Below are positions 1 through 6,307 of a DNA stretch of 64,000 nucleotides, piece by piece (within the stretch, counting starts at the first letter, position 1; every line of letters starts with the position of its first letter). This DNA is from Spirochaetota bacterium. GTDB lineage: Bacteria; Spirochaetota; UBA4802; UBA5550. The notes under the pieces are model-generated. The model searched no databases. It had not been told where the DNA came from and saw only the letters and a program-made list of their open reading frames with translations. The stretch is taken from assembly GCA_022709405.1 (NCBI GenBank), contig JAKLIV010000004.1, forward strand, positions 6,652 to 70,651, given 5' to 3'. Made by a program: the position numbers and the translations under genes.

Positions 1-1
1 T

Positions 2-247
2 ATAAACGGATCGGTTGAAGAATATCCCCAGGTTGATACTGTCGAGAAAATATCCAGGACTAAATGGTTTAAAAGCCTCTCCTCAAAACAGAAGTGGATG
101 GTGGCTGCCATCGCCGACGACTACATCGATGATGAAATACTGCGAGACCTTCAGCTCTATGCCGATTCGAGACTGAGGTTTAAAAGAACCATCAGCGAAG
201 ACTTGGCGAAAACCACCGACATGAAACAAAAGGGGGAAGCTGGGTAA
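2..247 (+). CDS. Hypothetical protein, C-terminal 81 codons of an ORF entering from upstream
   Basis: Frame 2 is open from the window edge to TAA 245-247 (…SKQKWMVAAIADDYIDDEILRDLQLYADSRLRFKRTISEDLAKT…). No family recognised. It competes with the antisense ORF 83-364. Confidence 0.3.
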   Translation: MNGSVEEYPQVDTVEKISRTKWFKSLSSKQKWMVAAIADDYIDDEILRDLQLYADSRLRFKRTISEDLAKTTDMKQKGEAG

Positions 248-339
248 GGTGAAATGGGAAATACTATCTATTATCGTTATCGGCTTAATAGAGCGATTTC
301 GTGTGACGTGAAAGGGATTTGCAATTATTGAAGGTATGT

Positions 340-762
340 ATGTCTGAGATATGGAATAAAACAACCCAAGAGATAGCGGAGATGTTTATCGACTTTATAG
401 ATAAAGGCACATCTTCGGAGATGGACGACCGGTTCTCGATTAAATATTATTTACCTTTTGAAAAAATTTCATCATCGACACCTTTTCAGTTAATCATCTT
501 TTCACAGAAACATGGGGTTCTCGCAGGGTGGAGATTTACCAAAGACAGTTTTAATGACAAGTTGCTCCATGAAGCTTTTAATATTATAAGGCCAGCGTTA
601 TTACGTCAATCAGCAGATGAGGCACAATTGGAAGTTGCTGTTTTATTTTTTTCTGATGGGAGGCTTCTCGGGGGCTATCCTTTCAGCCATGAATCGGCAA
701 TCATTATGTGTTCTCTTTTCCCGGTTTGTGATTTTTCTCCGCTTGCTCGGCCTTTGCTTTAA
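340..762 (+). CDS. Hypothetical protein (140 aa)
   Basis: ATG 340 is preceded by GAAGG. No recognisable motif. The 3' end overlaps the convergent ORF 704-955. Confidence 0.35.
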   Translation: MSEIWNKTTQEIAEMFIDFIDKGTSSEMDDRFSIKYYLPFEKISSSTPFQLIIFSQKHGVLAGWRFTKDSFNDKLLHEAFNIIRPALLRQSADEAQLEVAVLFFSDGRLLGGYPFSHESAIIMCSLFPVCDFSPLARPLL

Positions 763-955
763 GCTCTATATCGATCAGTATTACCCATTTGATAAGCTCC
801 TCGCTGAATATTTGTCGCTCAGGGCTTTTAATTTTCTTTTTTCGTTTTTGTATCAATTTTTCAACATACATCATCGCGTCTATCGCCTCAGCCATTGACG
901 AGAAGTTCCCGATGCGCCTCTGTATCATTTTCAGTTTACGATTTGTGAAAAACAT
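704..955 (-). CDS. Hypothetical small K/E-rich protein (83 aa)
   Basis: ATG at 955 lies 6 nt downstream of a strong AGGAGA site (complement of 962-967). The protein has a charged helical character. No family recognised. Confidence 0.4.
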   Translation of the reverse strand: MFFTNRKLKMIQRRIGNFSSMAEAIDAMMYVEKLIQKRKKKIKSPERQIFSEELIKWVILIDIELKAKAEQAEKNHKPGKENT

Positions 956-1001
956 AAGTTATCTCCTGATTTATTTCTTTTAGGCATATTATGCGTTGGT
1001 T

Positions 1002-1029
1002 GTCAATTAATTTACCAAAAGTAATTGAC
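1002..1029. promoter_or_regulatory. Inverted repeat GTCAATTA-N12-TAATTGAC between divergent genes
   Basis: Perfect 8-bp arms at 1002-1009 and 1022-1029, in the gap between ORF 704-955 (-) and the lipoprotein gene (+). Operator-like; function unknown. Confidence 0.3.
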
Positions 1030-1081
1030 GAGCGTTAAGAGCATCAGTACTTTATCTTCATCAATTACAGAGGAGGCTTGT

Positions 1082-1408
1082 ATGAAACGATTTTTTATGA
1101 TTATTATGGCTATGGCATTTTTGTTTTCGGCATCATGCTCCCAGGGAGATCACAAAAACCTGCTTAACGGGAAATGGCACAATGACCTGATGGATGTCGA
1201 ATATGACTTCAATAAAGGAACGACCACCGCAAAATTTTTTGGAAATGTTGAGAATAAAAAGCTCGAGTATGTGAAAAATACCGATAAGGGTGCAATTATC
1301 AAATCAGGCGACAGTACAATATTTGTCACGATTAAGGATGATCGACACATTTCAATAGTCAAAGAGGGCTCAGGGATTTCTCTTGATATGGAAAAAGTTT
1401 CTGATTGA
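1082..1408 (+). CDS. Putative lipoprotein (108 aa)
   Basis: ATG 1082 follows AGAGGAGG. The N-terminus MKRFFMIIMAMAFLFSASC has a signal peptide plus a lipobox-like FSASC. Confidence 0.6.
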   Translation: MKRFFMIIMAMAFLFSASCSQGDHKNLLNGKWHNDLMDVEYDFNKGTTTAKFFGNVENKKLEYVKNTDKGAIIKSGDSTIFVTIKDDRHISIVKEGSGISLDMEKVSD

Positions 1409-1439
1409 TTTTTCTTCGTGACAGAGAGAGACGAGTAAG

Positions 1440-1469
1440 AAGGCAGCCGTGGAGCTGCCTTGTTTATTT
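1440..1469. terminator. Hairpin terminator between convergent genes
   Basis: Stem AAGGCAGC (1440-1447) pairs with GCTGCCTT (1454-1461), loop 6 nt, followed by GTTTATTT. It lies between the + lipoprotein gene and the - gene 1464-2258. Confidence 0.5.
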
Positions 1470-2258
1470 GGAGATTAAATAAAATTGTATTAAATCATCA
1501 CCAGTTTTAGTAAAGTTATAAGCTTTTACATTTGATCCACGTGGACTATTTGGTAGATCTATCTCGATAAATCCATATTCTAATAATTTTTCTATAATAC
1601 TATCTGATGTGAGGAAACGTTCATTACTACGTATTCCAGTTATTATGATCCCAAATTTATCATATAAATTATCATTTTTTAAACTTGTTATAAATTTTTC
1701 AAATAACTTACTATTGGGAATGTTAATACTATGTGGTTGTTCTGCATCATTTTTATCTTCTTCCTTTTTTCGTTTTTTTAGAGTTAATTCGATAATTTTA
1801 TTTTGCAATTCATCCCGCATGGTACTCATTTTTTTTATATCATCATGCAATTCTTCATTTTTTTTATGTAAAATAAGATTTTCATTCTTGATTTGATCAA
1901 ATCTTTCACGAGTAACGATCGAATTTCTATCAGTTATTTGTTCTATTTGAGGATAGACTTTTCTGTTGATGAACAATAAAAAGAACTGGGATATGATAAT
2001 CATGAAATATAAAAAAATAAAAGCAATAAGTGAGCAGACAATGACATATAGTAATGAACATATGTTAAATGCCGCTTTTATCAATGGGGCCAGTGTTAGC
2101 AATCGAATTGTTAAATCAAATTTTTTATCAAGTGTAAATAACGAATAAAACAACTCCCAGTTTTTAATAATAAATACAAGCGTAAGGGTCCCCAAGAAAG
2201 GATTACGAATTCTATTTTTTATGTTACTCCGAAGTGCATTTAATATTTCAACGACCAT
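1464..2258 (-). CDS. Membrane/coiled-coil protein of unknown function (264 aa), strongly AT-rich
   Basis: Hydrophobic helices (…LLYVIVCSLIAFIFLYFMIIISQFFLLFI…) are followed by a K/E-rich heptad-like segment and a ~80-aa C-terminal globular part. The 60 nt 1681-1740 contain 14 G+C, against 41/60 in the sheath gene. Confidence 0.6.
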   Translation of the reverse strand: MVVEILNALRSNIKNRIRNPFLGTLTLVFIIKNWELFYSLFTLDKKFDLTIRLLTLAPLIKAAFNICSLLYVIVCSLIAFIFLYFMIIISQFFLLFINRKVYPQIEQITDRNSIVTRERFDQIKNENLILHKKNEELHDDIKKMSTMRDELQNKIIELTLKKRKKEEDKNDAEQPHSINIPNSKLFEKFITSLKNDNLYDKFGIIITGIRSNERFLTSDSIIEKLLEYGFIEIDLPNSPRGSNVKAYNFTKTGDDLIQFYLISK

Positions 2259-2362
2259 ATGGAACCTATCGAATTATTGTGGGATAAGATTGGAGATCGA
2301 TGAGAAAAAGGTCGAGTAGCTGCCTTTTTTAATGAACACCTGAATATCATGTAGTGTTGAAG

Positions 2363-2689
2363 TCACGAGCTTTCGTGATCAAACCAGTTAGCGAGGTTGT
2401 CAACAACAGTCGATAGTTCAGATTTCTCATCGCTCGTCATTCCTCGTGCTTTAACCGACCATTTCCCTTCGCCAGTAGGATCATCAACACCGTTCACGTC
2501 CATAATACCTTTCAGTGTCTCAATCCAATAGTGAGCATTATCATCAATATCATCATTATTTAAATTTCTCAGACCCAATGAGCATTCATGCAATGCCATC
2601 ATAATTGAAGTATGTTCGCCTTGTGTATGTGGCAGCATAAGACATCGGCGTGCCTGAGAGAATTTTTCTGCTGCATATAAATAATTCAT
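2363..2689 (-). CDS. Hypothetical acidic protein (108 aa)
   Basis: Intact ORF directly downstream of the DUF3606-like gene on the same strand. No motif recognised. Confidence 0.5.
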   Translation of the reverse strand: MNYLYAAEKFSQARRCLMLPHTQGEHTSIMMALHECSLGLRNLNNDDIDDNAHYWIETLKGIMDVNGVDDPTGEGKWSVKARGMTSDEKSELSTVVDNLANWFDHESS

Positions 2690-2711
2690 ATTGTTCCCAA
2701 TTGATAAGGTG

Positions 2712-2888
2712 TTATTGATTCAGATATTTTCTGACTTCAGTTGAAGATGTCCCAACTGCCTTGACTGCGGCTCTGAGTTTCGCTTCGGATACTCCAAAGA
2801 TTCTGCACCAGTTACGAATTTCTGAAGGATCATTGATATCGATTCGTTTTCCGTCATGGGGATGTCTTATAGTTTTATCGTCTGGCAT
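2712..2888 (-). CDS. DUF3606-like small protein (58 aa); absent from the supplied ORF track
   Basis: Hand translation gives MPDDKTIRHPHDGKRIDINDPSEIRNWCRIFGVSEAKLRAAVKAVGTSSTEVRKYLNQ. The pattern (RI..ND..E...W...GVS...L..AV..VG.S...V) matches my memory of DUF3606. AGGAGG lies upstream on the minus strand. Confidence 0.6.
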   Translation of the reverse strand: MPDDKTIRHPHDGKRIDINDPSEIRNWCRIFGVSEAKLRAAVKAVGTSSTEVRKYLNQ

Positions 2889-2975
2889 ATAGAGACCTCC
2901 TTTGATTATTTATAAAACTCTATAGGGGAAGCAATGATATTGTAAAGGAATATTCTGAAATTTGTATATTTTTTA

Positions 2976-2994
2976 ATAAGCTATTTTTGCTTAT
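2976..2994. promoter_or_regulatory. Operator-like palindrome O1 (ATAAGC-N7-GCTTAT)
   Basis: ATAAGC tattttt GCTTAT in the divergent intergenic region. A second copy lies at 3029-3047. Confidence 0.4.
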
Positions 2995-3021
2995 TTTTTT
3001 GCGACATAACGTGTTTTGGGC

Positions 3022-3050
3022 TTGACAATTAAGCCGAAATAGCTTATTAT
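3022..3050 (+). promoter_or_regulatory. Sigma70-type promoter of the XRE/ImmA operon, with embedded operator O2
   Basis: TTGACA (3022-3027), 17-bp spacer, TATTAT (3045-3050). The spacer and -10 contain TTAAGC cgaaata GCTTAT (3029-3047). The XRE start codon is 34 nt downstream. Confidence 0.55.
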
Positions 3051-3083
3051 GTTAATGACGTAAACCACAGTCAGGAGGTTACT

Positions 3084-3431
3084 ATGGTGACGCTGGGTGA
3101 TATGATTCACAAAGCCAGGGTCGACAGAGGGTTAAAACAGAGGGAAGTCGCCAATATCATCGGAACTTCAGTAATGTTTGTTTCCGAATTGGAGTCTGGA
3201 AAAAAGATTCCAGAGAAAGGAAAATCTTTGGAACGGATCGCAGAATTTCTCGGTAAAAAGTATGCCGATATTGTTGGTATCGCGATTGCATCAAAAGCGG
3301 CATTAAAATCATCACAGAAGGGAAATGAATTTGATGCTAAAATGGCTCTTGCACGGAAAATTATGAACAGTAAAAATCTGAATCAAAAGAGGGTAAAGGA
3401 CATTCTCGAAATACTTGAGGGAGGTGATTGA
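3084..3431 (+). CDS. XRE-family HTH repressor (ImmR-like)
   Basis: N-terminal …RGLKQREVANIIGTSVMFVSELESGKKIP… is a typical HTH_3/XRE motif. AGGAGG lies upstream. The stop overlaps the ImmA start by 1 nt. Confidence 0.85.
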   Translation: MVTLGDMIHKARVDRGLKQREVANIIGTSVMFVSELESGKKIPEKGKSLERIAEFLGKKYADIVGIAIASKAALKSSQKGNEFDAKMALARKIMNSKNLNQKRVKDILEILEGGD

Positions 3432-4084
3432 TGAGCAGCCTTGGCCAATTGCCGGTTGACCCAATGAGCAGGAACGATATTGAGTGTTCCATGCAAAATT
3501 ATCTGTATCAGGTGGACCCCGGTCATCTTCAAAGACCGGGGTGCCTTGATGTGGAGGCGATTCTCGATTTGCATATTTATAAAACCCATAAATTCAAAAA
3601 AATTATTAGCGAATTTATTGGTCCAAATATTGAAGCACTCACCCATCCTTTCGATAACGAAATTGAAATAACAACACAAGTACAGGATGGAATTGCATTC
3701 TGTGAACCAAGGCACCTCTTTACTGGATGCCATGAGATTTCGCATGTGATCATGCATGTACCACAATATCTTGCCTGGGGAGAGGAGCAATGGGTTTCTG
3801 CCGTAGCGCGATCTGGCTTTAAAATGCAGGTTTTCCGCGATCCTGAATGGCAAGCCGAACATGGTGCGGGGGTCTTGATGATGCCAGCCTCAACCTTTAT
3901 TCCCTTCGTCGATGCGCTGAATAAAAAAGGAGCATCATATGATACTGTAATTTATGAGATCACTCGAACATACGGGGTCTCGTTAGCAGCAGCAAAGGTG
4001 AGGCATAAAATATTTTATTCAATAACAAGTGCGAAAAAAAACCCTGGTTTCGTGGACCAGAGCTTTTTTCATAAATTGCGATAA
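3431..4084 (+). CDS. ImmA/IrrE-family zinc metallopeptidase
   Basis: HExxH motif in TGCHEISHVIMH. Size and position immediately after an XRE gene fit the family. GGAGGTG lies before ATG 3431. Confidence 0.8.
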   Translation: MSSLGQLPVDPMSRNDIECSMQNYLYQVDPGHLQRPGCLDVEAILDLHIYKTHKFKKIISEFIGPNIEALTHPFDNEIEITTQVQDGIAFCEPRHLFTGCHEISHVIMHVPQYLAWGEEQWVSAVARSGFKMQVFRDPEWQAEHGAGVLMMPASTFIPFVDALNKKGASYDTVIYEITRTYGVSLAAAKVRHKIFYSITSAKKNPGFVDQSFFHKLR

Positions 4085-4230
4085 TACTCTGCTACCCCAA
4101 AAGGTAGGTCGCAGAAGCTTTTGTTTTGTGTGTTTACAATATCGTCTGGGATGGCTGAAAAGTCAAGGAGATTACCCTTTCGAGTTGATAAAAAACTGAG
4201 CTTCTCGGAGACCATAGGAGGTGGAAGCCA

Positions 4231-4347
4231 ATGGCCAAGAGAAGAGGTTTTTACCGATTCACGAAGTACATCACTTTGCGCAATGGAGTTCGAATTTGGG
4301 CAAAGGATTACGGCAAAAAAGCATTCCGAATCTGGATAGCACTGTAA
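4231..4347 (+). CDS. Basic microprotein (38 aa); absent from the supplied ORF track
   Basis: Translation is MAKRRGFYRFTKYITLRNGVRIWAKDYGKKAFRIWIAL. ATG 4231 lies 7 nt after AGGAGG. The stop at 4345-4347 is followed 10 nt later by a strong terminator. Confidence 0.4.
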   Translation: MAKRRGFYRFTKYITLRNGVRIWAKDYGKKAFRIWIAL

Positions 4348-4356
4348 GTTAATGAA

Positions 4357-4394
4357 GCGGCCTCCTCCACGACCAAAGGAGGCCGCTTTGTTTT
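4357..4394 (+). terminator. Rho-independent terminator
   Basis: Stem GCGGCCTCCT (4357-4366) pairs with AGGAGGCCGC (4377-4386), followed by TTTGTTTT. Confidence 0.65.
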
Positions 4395-4398
4395 CCGC

Positions 4399-4427
4399 TT
4401 GACGATCACACTTTCATACCGTATTTT
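4399..4427 (+). promoter_or_regulatory. Putative promoter of the Xis-like gene
   Basis: TTGACG (4399-4404), 17-bp spacer, TATTTT (4422-4427). The first in-frame ATG (4435) would give a nearly leaderless mRNA. Confidence 0.35.
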
Positions 4428-4434
4428 AGTTTCC

Positions 4435-4647
4435 ATGCTGGATCACGAGCCGATGTACAAACCCTCAGAAGCCGAAGTGCTGACCGGACTGCACCCGCGC
4501 ACGATCCGTAGATACTGTCGTCTCGGCTTCATCGCCGCCGAAATTCTGCCAAGCGGACATTACCGCATCAGCGAAAGCGAGCTTGCGAACTTCAAGAAAA
4601 AAAACCGCGATCGTTTTTCGGATCAGCTTCAGCTCTCGCTTTTTTAA
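4435..4647 (+). CDS. Excisionase/MerR-type HTH DNA-binding protein
   Basis: …SEAEVLTGLHPRTIRRYCRLGFIAAEILPSGHYRISESELANF… matches the excisionase-family HTH_17 pattern. The start is uncertain (4435 or 4453). Confidence 0.55.
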   Translation: MLDHEPMYKPSEAEVLTGLHPRTIRRYCRLGFIAAEILPSGHYRISESELANFKKKNRDRFSDQLQLSLF

Positions 4648-4673
4648 ACTCATAATTTTTTTTCTTTTTTCCC

Positions 4674-4706
4674 GGACAAATCGGACAATCTGGACAAGCC
4701 GGACAA
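4674..4706. repeat. Four direct GGACAA repeats with 9-bp phasing
   Basis: GGACAA occurs at 4674, 4683, 4692 and 4701 (ggacaaatc ggacaatct ggacaagcc ggacaatgc), immediately downstream of the Xis-like gene. Confidence 0.8.
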
Positions 4707-4801
4707 TGCGGCCAAACGGGCATTGACCGATTTATTTTTTTCTGCTACATTCCACCCATCGGCTGTGAGGGCTTTGACGCATAACGCGGCATCGCCTCCC
4801 A

Positions 4802-4882
4802 GAGGGCGGTTGCTGGCCGCCCCTCGAACTCTTAAAAATAGTATTCTTCAGCCTCCAGGGGCCGGGCGCAAGCCCCTGGAGG
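4802..4882 (+). other. Two GC-rich hairpins in a non-coding leader
   Basis: Hairpin A pairs GAGGGCGG (4802-4809) with CCGCCCCTC (4817-4825). Hairpin B pairs CCTCCAGGGGC (4852-4862) with GCCCCTGGAGG (4872-4882). Confidence 0.5.
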
Positions 4883-4908
4883 GAGCGCAGGGATACAGAT
4901 GGGGTGCA

Positions 4909-5181
4909 GTGTATATCGCATGGGATGATCTGGCCAAGGCCGTATCGGTAATCATCGCCTGTGTCGGATTCATAGTCTGGCTGGTGCGTATCGACATGCG
5001 ATCGCGCTTTAATGAATCGAGCATCGTCAAGCTGAACATGGATATACGAAAACAGTCGGACGGCCTCGGAGCAAGCCTGGGAAAGTTCAACGATATCATT
5101 ATGACGCTGTCGGAAAGCATTTCAGAACTCAAAGGGATCATTTCGGAGATGAGACGGAAGAACCAGGAGACCGGGGAATGA
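4909..5181 (+). CDS. Small membrane-anchored coiled-coil protein (start uncertain)
   Basis: One TM helix (AVSVIIACVGFIVWLV) and a helical C-terminus. I placed the start at GTG 4909 because the upstream part of ORF 4723-5181 is P/R/A-rich and covered by hairpins. Confidence 0.4.
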   Translation: MYIAWDDLAKAVSVIIACVGFIVWLVRIDMRSRFNESSIVKLNMDIRKQSDGLGASLGKFNDIIMTLSESISELKGIISEMRRKNQETGE

Positions 5182-5185
5182 GCCT

Positions 5186-5431
5186 GTGTTCACAAAGAAG
5201 GATAAACCTAATAAGAAGCTTATCAATGTTATACACACATTATTTATATATTTCTATGAAACCGAAAGTTTTCCTTTTGAGGCAGGTAAAAAAATCGCAG
5301 CAGCGATCAAGGAAGCGTCATCATACCTACTGTCAGGAATCGGCCAATCCATGCTTGGGAAATGGCTGAGCGAGTTCAAAAAGGGCTTCGATGAGGAGTG
5401 GAATAATAATTCGTTCGAGGTGGAATCATGA
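5186..5431 (+). CDS. Hypothetical protein (81 aa)
   Basis: GTG start right after the preceding stop. The stop overlaps the next start (ATGA). Confidence 0.45.
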   Translation: MFTKKDKPNKKLINVIHTLFIYFYETESFPFEAGKKIAAAIKEASSYLLSGIGQSMLGKWLSEFKKGFDEEWNNNSFEVES

Positions 5432-5778
5432 CACGCAAGGTTTTAAAAAAAGAACAGCTCACCGCAGACCGGGTCCGCGAATCGGCAAAATCACTGCCCG
5501 CATATAACGAGCAGCCGAAAAGATATTTTCCGCGCATGGGTTTTCACCTTTCAGGATTGAAATTCCTGTACTGCGACGGCAACGGGAAACCGGGGAAGCG
5601 CGCTTTCTTCTTCTCCCTGTCGAGAATCGTGGCGCTGACATACATCGTGTACTGCATGGCAGTCCCTTTCTCGTTTAATGAGGCACTGGCATTGTTCATC
5701 ATCGGCGTCATCGGCGAGTCGGGACTGAACCATTATAAAAATGAACGATCTTTGAAAACACCAGATGGCGTACAGTGA
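5428..5778 (+). CDS. Small membrane protein (two predicted TM helices), holin-like by size and position only
   Basis: Hydrophobic stretches …FFFSLSRIVALTYIVYCMAV… and …ALALFIIGVIGESGL…. It lies just upstream of the terminase genes. Confidence 0.45.
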   Translation: MTRKVLKKEQLTADRVRESAKSLPAYNEQPKRYFPRMGFHLSGLKFLYCDGNGKPGKRAFFFSLSRIVALTYIVYCMAVPFSFNEALALFIIGVIGESGLNHYKNERSLKTPDGVQ

Positions 5779-6307
5779 TATCGTAAAAAACGAAGCTTTT
5801 CTGTATTACTGCCAGGGAATCCCCTCGCGGAAGATCGCGGAAATTCTGCGAAACAGGCCGGACTGTGAGAACATATCTCACAGCACAATCGATACCTGGG
5901 CGAAAGAAGCGGACCAGAAAGGCCGCACCTGGGACGACCGTAAGGCCGAATACCTTGCAGTCGTCGAGAAACACCAGGCCGGGGCCGTGGTGCGGCAGCA
6001 CCTGGACATCATTCAGGAGACTGAAAATCTCAAGGAGACCCTCCTGAATGACATTAAGGGCCGCCTCGATTTCAAGACCAAGGACGCGGCGGTGTATGCG
6101 TTTCTCGCGGTCGCGAAATACCAGGACCGCATCAAGGACAAGCGACAGCGTATCACCATCGAGGAACAGGTGACGTTGTTCATCGAGGCCATGAACGAAA
6201 TACCGACGGTGCGCGATGTTTTGTCGCAGTACTGGCAGGAGATCGATCATATATTCCAGGCCAAGGCGAACCAGCTGCAGCGGGAGAAGAAGCGTGACCG
6301 GGATTAA
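5765..6307 (+). CDS. Terminase small subunit (putative, N-terminal HTH)
   Basis: It overlaps the large-terminase start directly upstream. The N-terminal …QGIPSRKIAEILRNRP…STIDTWAKE… is HTH-like. The C-terminus is charged and helical. Confidence 0.6.
   Translation: MAYSDIVKNEAFLYYCQGIPSRKIAEILRNRPDCENISHSTIDTWAKEADQKGRTWDDRKAEYLAVVEKHQAGAVVRQHLDIIQETENLKETLLNDIKGRLDFKTKDAAVYAFLAVAKYQDRIKDKRQRITIEEQVTLFIEAMNEIPTVRDVLSQYWQEIDHIFQAKANQLQREKKRDRD

Noticed and set aside
83-364. 93-aa minus-strand ORF at the window start
   Set aside because: It competes with a + frame that is open from the window edge to 247. Neither has recognisable motifs. I kept only the + partial ORF, at low confidence.
4121-4339. 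72-aa ORF from the track between immA and the terminator
   Set aside because: It has no RBS and an implausible sequence. A 38-aa ORF in another frame (4231-4347) has a strong SD and fits the terminator better.
4723-4908. N-terminal 62 codons of track ORF 4723-5181
   Set aside because: The P/R/A-rich translation coincides with two GC hairpins and follows the GGACAA array. I treated it as non-coding, with the CDS start moved to GTG 4909 (uncertain).
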